From the IMG/VR virus record IMGVR_UViG_3300029288_000076, positions 96,001-160,000 of that record: 64,000 nucleotides of DNA. The stretch is one strand, 5' to 3'. The notes beneath the pieces were generated by a model, which saw only the letters and a program-made list of their open reading frames with translations, ran no database searches and was not told the DNA's origin. The DNA is from a virus (Duplodnaviria; Caudoviricetes). The stretch's first letter is position 1, and each line of letters opens with the position of its first letter. Below are positions 41,325 to 51,575 of this stretch, in pieces. The translations under genes were made by a program, and so were the position numbers.

Positions 41325-42098
41325 TCATTTCAACTTCCTAATACAATGATAACTACAAGACTCAATATCTGGACAATCATAAACTTTTTTAAGATGGCGC
41401 TGATGAATAGCTTTTACCTCTGGAACTAAAATTGCCTGAAGCCCTTGCTCTTTCATTTTGTGTTTAACAACTGCATCACAACTATTTTCTATAAATCCTA
41501 TATCTATTAAATCTTTTTTCTTTATAGCTCCACAAAACAAAAGCCAACTTGTCCAATTTTTGCCAGTATAAATAGTCCATTGCCTTTCATATACTCTTTT
41601 GTCTATAGGAAGCTCAAGTTGATGAATATGACTTTCCCAATCATCTAAAATCCATTTAACATTCTCATCATAACTTTTATAAAAATCTTCATCTATAGGT
41701 ATGTCAACTACTTCAGCTAATGTAAATTTTTTATCTTCAACTTTCTCAACAAGCTTTTGCAAATCATCTGATCTAGTTAAAATTATATCAGCTCCAATCA
41801 GAACAATAATATCTGACTCTTCAGCTATCAAATCCATTCCAATACCTTGAGTTTTATTAAATGCTGAATGCTTATCAAGTCTTTTATATTTATAAGTAAC
41901 TTCTTCATTAATACAAAACTCTTTAATAATTTTATAAGGATCAGTATCAGAATGATCGTCAACAAAACAAACTTCATACTCAAAATCAGTTTCTTGCTTA
42001 CCCAAGCCAAACAAATAGTTTCTTAGTTGGTCTTCTTTATTCCATATTGCAGTTAAAATAGAAACTTTCAAGATTTTTTCTCCATCTCTTCCTTCCAA
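41325..42098 (-). CDS. GT2-family glycosyltransferase with Cys-rich tail (paralog 4)
   Basis: IWNK, FVDDHS, SCD, IHQRH, Cx5Cx3C. Confidence 0.85.
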   Translation of the reverse strand: MEGRDGEKILKVSILTAIWNKEDQLRNYLFGLGKQETDFEYEVCFVDDHSDTDPYKIIKEFCINEEVTYKYKRLDKHSAFNKTQGIGMDLIAEESDIIVLIGADIILTRSDDLQKLVEKVEDKKFTLAEVVDIPIDEDFYKSYDENVKWILDDWESHIHQLELPIDKRVYERQWTIYTGKNWTSWLLFCGAIKKKDLIDIGFIENSCDAVVKHKMKEQGLQAILVPEVKAIHQRHLKKVYDCPDIESCSYHCIRKLK

Positions 42099-43087
42099 AT
42101 ATCTAAAAGCTTAAAAACAATTATCGCTATTTTTCTATTATCTTCAATCCATTTTTTGCCATATTTCTTACTTGCATCAGAAAAAAGTTTAAGATACTCT
42201 TCAGGTATTTCTATTTTAGAAATTGGTTTTTCTTCAACGATCGGTTTCTTTACTTCTATTATAGGTACTGTTCTCCAAAAAGACTTTTTTGGTTTATTAG
42301 GGTCTATTTTTTCCAAGTGCTTCAGCCAAAATTCATCTTTCCGTATACAGTGATAAGGACAAGTATCAATAATCTTACATTCATACATTGTTTTAGGATG
42401 CCTTTGATGAATAACCTTACAGTCATTTAATAGTATAGCTTTGAAATTTTTTTCTTTCATCAATTGATGCAGCGTAGCATCGCAAGCGTTATGCTCAATT
42501 CTTATGCTTCTAAGATCATCAGCTAAAATACCTCCGCAGAAAAATAACCACGAGTGATAAGGAGCGCCAGTATAAAATGTAGAACTGTTTTTACATAGCA
42601 ATCCATTTGTTAACACAACATCAACATATACTTTATAATTATCCCAATTATTTATATATTTTTCTATATTAGAATCAAAATTTAAATACATATTATCATC
42701 AATAGGAATATCAATAACTTCTGTCATCGTTATTTGTTTAGAATCAGTATTGTCTACTATTCTTTGCAAAATATGATCTTCAGTATAAATAACATCAGAT
42801 GATTGTAAAACAACAATATCTGTATTTTTATCCATCACATCAAAACAATGCCCATGAGAAAGCGTCACACCTTCATTTTTTGGTAATCTTTTATATCTTG
42901 CGTGAGGAAAGAATTTTCTTATTATTGGCTCTGGATTAACATTAGAGTGATCATCAATAATACAAACATCAAAATCAAAATTCGTTTTTTGCCTGGCAAG
43001 AGAATATAGAGCATTTGGAAGTTGATTATTCTTATTCCAAGTAGCCATAAACACAGATACTTTAGATTTCATCTTTCTCCTTTTCAA
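42068..43087 (-). CDS. GT2-family glycosyltransferase with Cys motif and C-terminal extension (paralog 3)
   Basis: ATWNK, IIDDHS, ACD, IHQRH, Cx5Cx3C plus about 85 extra residues. Confidence 0.85.
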   Translation of the reverse strand: MKRRKMKSKVSVFMATWNKNNQLPNALYSLARQKTNFDFDVCIIDDHSNVNPEPIIRKFFPHARYKRLPKNEGVTLSHGHCFDVMDKNTDIVVLQSSDVIYTEDHILQRIVDNTDSKQITMTEVIDIPIDDNMYLNFDSNIEKYINNWDNYKVYVDVVLTNGLLCKNSSTFYTGAPYHSWLFFCGGILADDLRSIRIEHNACDATLHQLMKEKNFKAILLNDCKVIHQRHPKTMYECKIIDTCPYHCIRKDEFWLKHLEKIDPNKPKKSFWRTVPIIEVKKPIVEEKPISKIEIPEEYLKLFSDASKKYGKKWIEDNRKIAIIVFKLLDIWKEEMEKKS

Positions 43088-43877
43088 AATGTCTCTTTAA
43101 TTTACAATCAACTTCACAAGTCTCTAATTGAGAGCATTTAATCCAAGTATCAGAATGTGGTTGATGGATAGCAATAGGAGTATCTATAAATAATGGATTA
43201 AATCCTTGTTCTACTAAAGCTAAATGAAATAAAACATCGCACATAGGTTTTCCTATTAAAACTTTTTCAAGATCTGTTCTCATTATAGCCATTAAAAAAG
43301 GATACATTGGTCTTTCTTGATTAGATCTAATTACTGGTTTTTCTTCTTCTAAAACATCATAAAAATGATTAACATAAAAATTAAAAAGTTGTTCATAATC
43401 ATCATTAATAAAATTTAGTAAAGTATTGGCATTATATGTATTTACTAAAACAGGTTGTCCTTTATTAACATAAGTACTCATCATATCTAAAAGAGTATCA
43501 CTTGACCATATAGTATCTGCTGATTGAATAATAACTATTTCACTATCAACAGAAATAAGACTGAACATACTGTTCCAATAAATTACATCAAATCCTTGTT
43601 TTTCTGTGTATCTATAATATTTAACATCTGGAACATATTTCCTTATTATAGACTCTGGATCTATATCTGAACAATCATCAGCAACACAAATTTCATAATC
43701 AACATCACTTAATTGTCTAGTTATAGAATAAAGTGTTCCTGGTAAAACTGCTTGTTTGTTATAAGTACAAAAGAATATTGACGCTTTCTTTATAGGAACC
43801 TTTCTTTTTTCAAAATCATTTACTTCTATAATTTTATATGGTAAAAGTTCTTTTTTATTGTAGTATGATAAATACAT
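43062..43877 (-). CDS. GT2-family glycosyltransferase with Cys-rich tail (paralog 2)
   Basis: CTYNK, VADDCS, MCD, IHQPH, Cx5Cx3C. Confidence 0.85.
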   Translation of the reverse strand: MYLSYYNKKELLPYKIIEVNDFEKRKVPIKKASIFFCTYNKQAVLPGTLYSITRQLSDVDYEICVADDCSDIDPESIIRKYVPDVKYYRYTEKQGFDVIYWNSMFSLISVDSEIVIIQSADTIWSSDTLLDMMSTYVNKGQPVLVNTYNANTLLNFINDDYEQLFNFYVNHFYDVLEEEKPVIRSNQERPMYPFLMAIMRTDLEKVLIGKPMCDVLFHLALVEQGFNPLFIDTPIAIHQPHSDTWIKCSQLETCEVDCKLKRHFEKEKDEI

Positions 43878-43879
43878 TT

Positions 43880-44674
43880 TTAATTAATCCATTTTTCTTG
43901 TTTTTTGACGCAGTCAAATTTGCACTTTTCAACCTCAGAACATATATGTATTCCTTTATTGTGACGCTGGTGAATAGCTTTAACTCCTGGATAAACAGCG
44001 TCCCACCCTTCAGTAACTCTAACTTTTCTAGTCTTTTGATCTAAAATAGCATCACACCAATGATTTTGGACTCCTGTAAAAAGCAAATCTTTCTTCATTA
44101 TTGCTCCAAGATAAAAAAGCCAGCTGTCTCTTTCTTTACCAGAAAAAAGATTCCAGCAACCAGAAATAACCTTACTATTATATTCACTCTTCAAAGTTAC
44201 AGACCAATAATAATTTTTGTAGTCATTCCAATGACAAATAATATCATTAAGATTAATTTCAAATTCTTTCCAAAAATCTGGGAAAATTGGTGTATTTATA
44301 ACGTCTGCAAAAGAGAACTTTTTATTATCTACTCCTTCACAAAGAATGTTGATTGTATTTTCATCTGCCCATATAACATCTGAACAAGTCAAGATTACAA
44401 CATTAGACTTAATAGATGATAATCTAAAAGCAGCAGGAACAGCTTGAAAAACACCTAGTTTCTCTTCTGATCTTCCAAATTTATATTCAAAATTAGTTAA
44501 AAACTTCTTAACAATAGGTTCAGCGCTTTCGTCTGAACAATCATCCCAAATACAAAACTCAACGGGAATATCTGTCTTTTGTCTGTTCATAGAATATAGT
44601 GTATTTTCTAGAGCCCATAATCTATTATGGACCGCAAAAACAACGCTTACTTTTTCAATATTTTTTGTATTCAT
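43880..44674 (-). CDS. GT2-family glycosyltransferase with Cys-rich tail (paralog 1)
   Basis: AVHNR, IWDDCS, WCD, IHQRH, Cx5Cx3C. Confidence 0.85.
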   Translation of the reverse strand: MNTKNIEKVSVVFAVHNRLWALENTLYSMNRQKTDIPVEFCIWDDCSDESAEPIVKKFLTNFEYKFGRSEEKLGVFQAVPAAFRLSSIKSNVVILTCSDVIWADENTINILCEGVDNKKFSFADVINTPIFPDFWKEFEINLNDIICHWNDYKNYYWSVTLKSEYNSKVISGCWNLFSGKERDSWLFYLGAIMKKDLLFTGVQNHWCDAILDQKTRKVRVTEGWDAVYPGVKAIHQRHNKGIHICSEVEKCKFDCVKKQEKWIN

Positions 44675-45564
44675 TAAATTTTAACCATCCTATATACTCC
44701 GCCAGAGCCACAAAGCTTTCTTTCATCTTTGTATTGACACCACGGAAAACCTTGGTCATCAAAAGTTACTGCTTCTAAAAAATCTGTATGCTCTTTTTCA
44801 AGTAAGTTATATTTATCAGAAATATATTTAGAATCAAAAAAATCTTTTAGATCTAATTTGCTTGGATATCCACCTATAAAATCTATTTTAGCTATAGACA
44901 ATTTGATAAAATCTTCAGGCTTATAAGCAATTGAAACGGGACAATCCTCCCCATCTGTAGATTTTGAAAATACATAATCAGTATTATCTAATGCACTATA
45001 CTTATCAGAATTTGGATAACCGCTTTCTTTACTAGAAAGAATCCTTAAAACAAAAGCCACATAAAAATGAAAGAAAATACTGTCTCTATTATACACCATT
45101 AAATTAGCATGACAATCTTCTTTTAAATAATCATATAAATAGTTAAGTATTTCTACTGGTTTATTTACATGGTGCAAAACTCCCCCGCAGTGAACATGAT
45201 CAAATTCTCCAGAAAAGTCACCAATATTAGAATTTTGATTTGTATTAAGAATTAATGCTACTTTATCTTCATAGCCATATAACTTTACTCTTTCATTAGT
45301 AATATCTAAAGCTTTTTTAGAAACATCACAACCAACTACAAAGTCAGCGCCAGCTTTTAAGAATTCAATTACGTCATGTCCTGGACCGCAACCATAATCA
45401 AGAATTTTCTTCCCTGCATAATCTACATTCTCAAGTTCTAGCATTTTCATAGCCATTGGATATTGAGCACTTCTCCAAGCTAAATAATCATCCGATTCCT
45501 TTATTGACGTAAAATACTTATCATAAATAAGATGCTTATTCCAGTATTCATCAACTTGGGTCAT
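44674..45564 (-). CDS. class I SAM-dependent methyltransferase (start revised to MTQVDEYW)
   Basis: ILDYGCGPG, GCDVS, FDHV...GVLHH; GGAGG RBS. Confidence 0.9.
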   Translation of the reverse strand: MTQVDEYWNKHLIYDKYFTSIKESDDYLAWRSAQYPMAMKMLELENVDYAGKKILDYGCGPGHDVIEFLKAGADFVVGCDVSKKALDITNERVKLYGYEDKVALILNTNQNSNIGDFSGEFDHVHCGGVLHHVNKPVEILNYLYDYLKEDCHANLMVYNRDSIFFHFYVAFVLRILSSKESGYPNSDKYSALDNTDYVFSKSTDGEDCPVSIAYKPEDFIKLSIAKIDFIGGYPSKLDLKDFFDSKYISDKYNLLEKEHTDFLEAVTFDDQGFPWCQYKDERKLCGSGGVYRMVKI

Positions 45565-46192
45565 GTGTAACCTCCAAAACCAAAATCTCTCTTCCCGGAA
45601 CAGTAAACCTATCAATCTCTACCATACCAAGTCTCAAGAGCATTTTTGTCATTTTAATATTTCTTATATCCATTGATCCCCAAGTAGCAAAATAGCCTAA
45701 CTTTTTATGTTCATCAATAACCATTTGAATACAAGTTTTTACCATTTCTCTTCCTTCTGGGGTCCCTTGATATTCAGGAATCATGGTTATAAAACCAAGA
45801 TGAGCTCTAGGATCTCTAGCTTTCCTAGTTTTCTTATCCATAGTGTTAAAAAATAATTGCATTAAGGCATTGAGAACATAACGCAAATGAAATACCCCGG
45901 CAAGCATGCGCTTTATCCAGATCCATGGTATTCTAAATCTATATTTTCTATTAAAACATTCATAGAGCAAAGCTTTATTAAAATAGCCAACAGCATAGCA
46001 AATTATCTTACCATGCTTTTCTGCATAAAAACCAAAAGCTAATCCTGAAGAAACAAGATAGTTATAAAATAAAGTAAGATATTCTTCGCCCAAAAGTTTA
46101 GTAAATTCATAATCATAGAATGTATCTAAATGAATTTGAACTAATTTTCTAGCAAACAAATAACTATTAAAGAATGGTCTGTAAAAAATCAC
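45551..46192 (-). CDS. GNAT-family acetyltransferase
   Basis: LVQIH..F...LG..L..Y N-terminus; PEYQG motif A; N.KM...L.RLG. Confidence 0.65.
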   Translation of the reverse strand: MIFYRPFFNSYLFARKLVQIHLDTFYDYEFTKLLGEEYLTLFYNYLVSSGLAFGFYAEKHGKIICYAVGYFNKALLYECFNRKYRFRIPWIWIKRMLAGVFHLRYVLNALMQLFFNTMDKKTRKARDPRAHLGFITMIPEYQGTPEGREMVKTCIQMVIDEHKKLGYFATWGSMDIRNIKMTKMLLRLGMVEIDRFTVPGREILVLEVTHDPS

Positions 46193-46784
46193 TGAATGTC
46201 CTCATAAAAGTAATATAATATTCCATATGACCTACATCGTTTAAATGTACTCCATCTTGTAGTAAAAGATTTTGAACAATTTTGTTTTTAGTGAGCCAAT
46301 CTTTTTCATGATCTACTAAAATTACTCTATGATTATAATTGCTTCCAGATATAAAATCCTCAACCACATTTCGTATAACACCATTATATACATGACATTG
46401 TGGGTAGATAGTGTTTTTTATAGCTGGATGATTTGTAGCAACAAAAACAACTTTAATATCAAAATTAAAAGCTCTTTCTATAATTTCATATAGATTATAC
46501 CTAAAAGAATTAAGAGAAACCCTTGATAATCCTTTATCTGTTTCCCATCTATTACAATCATTCAAGCCATATTGAACATATAAGTAATCTGCTTTTGCTT
46601 CTTGTACGTCATGCGGCATGCGCTCAAGAGCCTGCCTTGTAGTCTCACCATTCCTTGCAGAAATCTCAATAGAATAATCTTCTTCTAATTCTTTAGCTAC
46701 AAGATATATCCACTTATTTGATAATGATATATGTTGTCCATCGACAGTAGAATCTCCCCAAAATAGAAACTTCTTTTTAATCAT
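46167..46784 (-). CDS. SGNH/GDSL hydrolase or acyltransferase
   Basis: GDST, NGETT, QYGLND, DGVH blocks. Confidence 0.9.
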   Translation of the reverse strand: MIKKKFLFWGDSTVDGQHISLSNKWIYLVAKELEEDYSIEISARNGETTRQALERMPHDVQEAKADYLYVQYGLNDCNRWETDKGLSRVSLNSFRYNLYEIIERAFNFDIKVVFVATNHPAIKNTIYPQCHVYNGVIRNVVEDFISGSNYNHRVILVDHEKDWLTKNKIVQNLLLQDGVHLNDVGHMEYYITFMRTFSDFLQTIL

Positions 46785-47151
46785 TCAAACTCCTAATCCA
46801 CAATTCATTTGGTATAGCATAGGCAGCATCAATAGCTAGAAATTTAATTCCTCCTGGTGGATATAATCTACACTTATCCCAAATACCATAGTCTTTTATA
46901 TTACGACATATTTGCTCAAGTATTCTATCTTGAGCTTCTTTAGAAATTTCACAATTAAACCAAAAATGTCTTACTACAAAATGAAGCTTATTGTCTAAAG
47001 AGCTTTCCCCACCACCCTCTTTATAGTATGTTACGCAAATACAAATATGACGATCTATATCGCTATCTTTTTCTTTTTGAAAATAAAAAGGTAAAGAATC
47101 TATTTCATAACCTTCAATATTCTTAAACGATTCATTAATCATTTAACCTCC

Positions 47152-47985
47152 TTAGATACGATTAAGTAAATTTTGTTTTTTAAAAGCAAAACATAAAACG
47201 CCTAATACATTTCCATTGTTTGGAAATAGAAAATAAGATCCTTTCTTCCAAGCATTTTTATCCCAATTTATATATCCTGGAAGTTCGTTCACATAACCAT
47301 AAATCAATTCAGATCCTAAAAACATTTCTTGTATATGCCTAACATTTATATTTGTAATATTCTTAGCTCTATCACCATATCCTAATTCCCCATTCATTAG
47401 ATAATCTATAGTAAAAATAATTATACCTCCAGGAGCCACTAAGTCCCAGCATGCTTTTAAGTGTTTTTCATATTTATCAACACCATAGCAAATTGGTATA
47501 TGTTCTAAAACAGATATATTAAAAACTACATCAAAAAATTCTTTTTGTAATGGTAATTCTTCTACCAAACCGACCACCATTTTTGCTTCATAATCTTTTA
47601 ATATTGACATAAAAGATGTCCATTCAGCTTCTAGATTATTTCTTAAAGCCCAAATAAGAATATCAGTAAGATGTTCATAATCAGAAGAAAAGACTTTATG
47701 GATTGTTAAATCTGTTTGCTCCATTAATAAAGCTGAAACAAAAAGCATATCAGAACCAATATCTAAAACTTTCTTTCCTTTTAATCCTCCATGAAAATTA
47801 GAAGCAATATTTAATACAGTTGGATACTCTTTCAATCTTGTAGTGCAGGAACAAAAAAATATCATTTCTTCTTTTTGATATTGTGTAAGTTCTAACCATT
47901 CTTCAAGTTTAAGTTCGTTAGACATCCAGTCAAAAGCTTTAATATAGTATCTAATATCTTCTTGAGAAGGATTCTTTAAAATCAT
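47152..47985 (-). CDS. class I SAM-dependent methyltransferase
   Basis: R.KEYP, VLDIGS, FDVVFNISVLEH, PGG..IFT.DY. Confidence 0.85.
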   Translation of the reverse strand: MILKNPSQEDIRYYIKAFDWMSNELKLEEWLELTQYQKEEMIFFCSCTTRLKEYPTVLNIASNFHGGLKGKKVLDIGSDMLFVSALLMEQTDLTIHKVFSSDYEHLTDILIWALRNNLEAEWTSFMSILKDYEAKMVVGLVEELPLQKEFFDVVFNISVLEHIPICYGVDKYEKHLKACWDLVAPGGIIIFTIDYLMNGELGYGDRAKNITNINVRHIQEMFLGSELIYGYVNELPGYINWDKNAWKKGSYFLFPNNGNVLGVLCFAFKKQNLLNRI

Positions 47986-48911
47986 TTCAAATTTTTAAGA
48001 TGCGTATAAGTTTCTGTTACTGGATTATTTTTGTACCAATCAGTTGCCCTATCAATTCCACTTTGTAATGGTGTGAAACCTAGCACTGGTTGTCCAAATT
48101 CTTTGATAGTTAAATCATTCTCTAAAATCAAATAAGGTATATCGTCGTCACCACGTTCTTTAAAAATAGGGTCTTTTTCTATATTCAAACTCTTGCACAT
48201 CGCATTATACAAATCAACAATCTTATATGATCTTCCTGACGATACATGGTAAGCTCCATGTCCATTACTTTTAAGTATTGCCTGGAGCAAATAAAAAAGC
48301 AAATCATTTATATAAACAAAATCTCTTTCAACTCCAGTTACTACTGTGCAATCTTCTCCTTCAGTTAATCTCTTGAAAAATGTGGGCACAGGACCTGATA
48401 AATTACGTTCGCCGTAGCAGTTAGCTAATCGAAAAGAAACATAATCAATTCCAGACATTGCTATATATCTTTCAGCTGCTGTTTTTGAAATAGAATAGCT
48501 ATTAGTTGGGGCTATTTTATGTACAACTGGAATTGGAACTATCTCTGGCCATCCATAGCAAAGTGATGTTTGCATATAGATAATTCTTTTCACTTTATTA
48601 TTTTTAGCTGCTTTAATAATATTAACTGTCCCAAGTACATTTGTAGCACTATCGCGATACCAATCTTCAGGATCTTTATATGACGCTGCACAATGTACTA
48701 CAACTTCTGGTTTAACGAGTTCAAAAAGTTCATTAACCCTGCCAATATTCTCTATTGTATCTGCAACAAAGTATTCCATTCTAGCATCAATGTTTTTAGC
48801 TTTACCTGTTGACAAATTATCTATTCCATATACTTGATGTCCCCTATCAATAAGTTTGTTTGCTAAATGAGAACCAATAAATCCAGCAACCCCAGTTATT
48901 ATGACATTCAA
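47982..48911 (-). CDS. NAD-dependent epimerase/dehydratase SDR, WbmG/WbmH-like
   Basis: TGVAGFIGS, AASYKDPEDWY, QTSLCYG, YSISK, RLAN; the ASYKDP.DW and QT.LCYG motifs recall Bordetella WbmG/H. Confidence 0.9.
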   Translation of the reverse strand: MNVIITGVAGFIGSHLANKLIDRGHQVYGIDNLSTGKAKNIDARMEYFVADTIENIGRVNELFELVKPEVVVHCAASYKDPEDWYRDSATNVLGTVNIIKAAKNNKVKRIIYMQTSLCYGWPEIVPIPVVHKIAPTNSYSISKTAAERYIAMSGIDYVSFRLANCYGERNLSGPVPTFFKRLTEGEDCTVVTGVERDFVYINDLLFYLLQAILKSNGHGAYHVSSGRSYKIVDLYNAMCKSLNIEKDPIFKERGDDDIPYLILENDLTIKEFGQPVLGFTPLQSGIDRATDWYKNNPVTETYTHLKNLK

Positions 48912-49555
48912 TTAGTTTCCTCCCTATCTTTTTTCTTTCTAGTTTCTTTTTTATTATGATAACTAAAATGTTCTCCAACAGTCATCATTTGCAAATTTGT
49001 CAAATCATTATTTTTACTATTCCCATCTTTATGATGAATAACGCAACCTTTTGGTATTTCTCCATAAGCTTCTCCCCAAACTAAACGATGCATTAACCTT
49101 CTTTTATCTCCTTCATTGTAAATTGATATATAATTGCCACTATCAAGTACTTCACCTTTCCACCTTGAATTTTTCTCCCTTATAGTACTTTCTCTCATTT
49201 TCCTCTTTGCTTCTTCGGAAAGATGTTTTCCTGTTTGGGCTTCGCTCATCCGCTTTCTAGTTTCTAAAGAGAGATTTTCTATTTTATGACATTCACTTCT
49301 ACGCTTCTTTGTCTCTTCGGAAAGATTTTCTGTTTTATTAATAAAACTTATTTGTTGCCTTGTTTCTTTAGAATGATGTTTACCTTTCATGCCAAAATTA
49401 TGATTATTTTTAGCATTCCACTTAGAAACACAAGAGTGACAACAAAATAATGACTCTTTCTTCTTCTTTTTTCCACACTTATATTTATTTAGAATTTCTT
49501 TTCCGCACTGTTTACAACACTCTTTATTGTCATCCATTCTATAACATTTCTCCAT
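48908..49555 (-). CDS. HNH homing endonuclease with NUMOD3 repeats
   Basis: GKHHSKETR, GKHLSEEAKRKM; HRLVW...IHHKDGN..NN...NL. Confidence 0.9.
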   Translation of the reverse strand: MEKCYRMDDNKECCKQCGKEILNKYKCGKKKKKESLFCCHSCVSKWNAKNNHNFGMKGKHHSKETRQQISFINKTENLSEETKKRRSECHKIENLSLETRKRMSEAQTGKHLSEEAKRKMRESTIREKNSRWKGEVLDSGNYISIYNEGDKRRLMHRLVWGEAYGEIPKGCVIHHKDGNSKNNDLTNLQMMTVGEHFSYHNKKETRKKKDREETN

Positions 49556-50792
49556 CTATAAAGTTTCTAAAAAATAATTCCAAGCTCAAAGCACCCAAAA
49601 TTGTCCTACCATATTCTGATTCCAATGATGCTGCTATTAATATTTCATCACAATTAAAGATACCACGTTCTCGCGTTCTTTGATCATTAAATAAATCGCT
49701 AACAAATTCATTTGCAATACCATCTCCTTGTATCCATTTCACAAAAGGAGTTGTAAAGCCCATCTTGTTTGTTCTATTTAAGACTTTCTCAGGCAAATAC
49801 TTTTCTCCTGCTTTCTTAAGAATATATTTTAATTCTTGATTCTTAAATTTAATCTCAATTGGGACTTCTTTAGCAAACTCAACAATAGCCCTACTTAGCA
49901 AAGGTGCATAAGTTTCTATACCAAAAGCTCTTGGGAGCTTTTCATCAATAGCTAATAACGTTGGTAGATCATATTGAATTTCTCCAACCATTACTTGCTC
50001 AAGAGTTTTTGTTTCCATACAAGGATAAAATATATTCATTGGAAAACGATCTTTAGCATATATACTAGGGACTTTGCATCTAAGAATAGAATTATTATAT
50101 TGTAATAAATCCAAATATCTTGTATAACCTAACCAAAGTTCGTCTCCCCCTTCACCTGTTAGAAGTATGTCTACCCATTTCGAAGCTTCTTTGTAGACAA
50201 TATATTGGCTAAAAGATCCTGGACCACCGCAAGGTTCTTCTAACCAATAAATAACGTCTTGTATATTATCTACAAAATCTTGTTCATCAATAATTACAGG
50301 ATGCAAAATAAGATTTGGATATTTATTTGTTACTGCTTTAATATAAGGCCATTCATTGTAACCTTCATAAAGAAACAATCCTGAGAAAACATTAAAGTCG
50401 CAATCAGGATTTTGAGTTGCTGCTACACCAGTTACAAAAGAACTATCTATTCCGCCAGAAAGAGAAAAGCCTATTTCATCAGCGCTTTTATAAGAAAGAG
50501 ATTCTTTAATAGAGTTCTCTACAAGATACGTTAGTGTTTTTATTGCTCTATCTTCTGTAAGATTATCATAATTAAAATAGAAATTAGCTAATTGAGAAGG
50601 TCTTTCTCTAAAAATACCTTTAAATAATGTTTCAGAAGAAGTATAGTATTGATATGTAATGTACTCTTGAAGAGCTTGTTCGTTTAGCTCTATTTTAGGT
50701 TTGCCATTTTCATCTTGGGGTAAATATTTAAAAAGATCAACTATCCTATCTGAATAGTGTCTAACACCGTAACCATTAATATAGTATTGCAA
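49539..50792 (-). CDS. asparagine-synthetase-family amidotransferase, synthetase domain only
   Basis: LSGGIDSS, LLTGEGGDEL..GY, P.L, K.ILK, R.KMGF..P; no N-terminal Cys1 glutaminase domain. Confidence 0.85.
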   Translation of the reverse strand: MQYYINGYGVRHYSDRIVDLFKYLPQDENGKPKIELNEQALQEYITYQYYTSSETLFKGIFRERPSQLANFYFNYDNLTEDRAIKTLTYLVENSIKESLSYKSADEIGFSLSGGIDSSFVTGVAATQNPDCDFNVFSGLFLYEGYNEWPYIKAVTNKYPNLILHPVIIDEQDFVDNIQDVIYWLEEPCGGPGSFSQYIVYKEASKWVDILLTGEGGDELWLGYTRYLDLLQYNNSILRCKVPSIYAKDRFPMNIFYPCMETKTLEQVMVGEIQYDLPTLLAIDEKLPRAFGIETYAPLLSRAIVEFAKEVPIEIKFKNQELKYILKKAGEKYLPEKVLNRTNKMGFTTPFVKWIQGDGIANEFVSDLFNDQRTRERGIFNCDEILIAASLESEYGRTILGALSLELFFRNFIDGEML

Positions 50793-51314
50793 TTACTTTA
50801 TTCCTCCATTGTTACTATTATGTAAAATGTTTAATCTATTAAATTTAAATTTCTAATAAAGCCCCGCAGCGGCCACAATATTTACTTTTTTTATACTCTT
50901 CTTTAGTAAATGAATAACCGCAATAAAGACACTTAGAATTTAAAGATTTATCTTTGCTTATTTTATTATCAAGACTATAATTGTGAGTTGATACAGCTGC
51001 AAAATAATTATAAGAATTTTTCTTTTTATAACCAAAAATATTCCTATTTTCTTTATCCCTATCGAGACCATTCCAATATATATTGTACGGAATACTCGCT
51101 TCTTGTATTTTTATTATATAATCTGCTACTTCTACTCCATTCTTACAATGATATTTGCAAAAAAGATTAAGTAACCTTTCTGTTCCATAATACCAAATAC
51201 AAATCCAAATAGGCTCTTTAATCAGCTCATCACCACAAATATCACAAAAATCATCTTCACAAATACCTTGTTTAACTTTATATCTGCTTCTGTCAACGTT
51301 TTCTTTATTAATTC

Positions 51315-51575
51315 TCATCCCCTATCACCATTTTCTAAAATATTTAGTTTGTAGCTAGCGCCATTAGAAAAATGAATACTTCGTGTATTATAGTATTCTA
51401 TTTCTTCTTTAGTTAAATCTCTGGTAGTTTCTTTAGGGAATTTTACTTCCATAAAACCAAATCCGGTTAACCATTCTCCTAAATAATAACTTTCACGAAC
51501 TCCTCTTATATGGAATATATCTGGTTTATTACTGCTAATGTCTCCAAGTTTATGTATTGCTTTAGTAGCCATCAC
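51315..51575 (-). CDS. conserved hypothetical phage protein flanking the TnpB right end
   Basis: MMATKAIHKLGDIS...YYLGEWLTGFGF.EV.FPKETTR.LT. Confidence 0.65.
   Translation of the reverse strand: MMATKAIHKLGDISSNKPDIFHIRGVRESYYLGEWLTGFGFMEVKFPKETTRDLTKEEIEYYNTRSIHFSNGASYKLNILENGDRG

Noticed and set aside
29783-50792. Bacterial chromosomal O-antigen locus (contig not phage)
   Set aside because: Interleaved with gp46/gp47-like genes, an RNA ligase, HNH and phage-type small ORFs under the same promoter motif; no flippase or polymerase.
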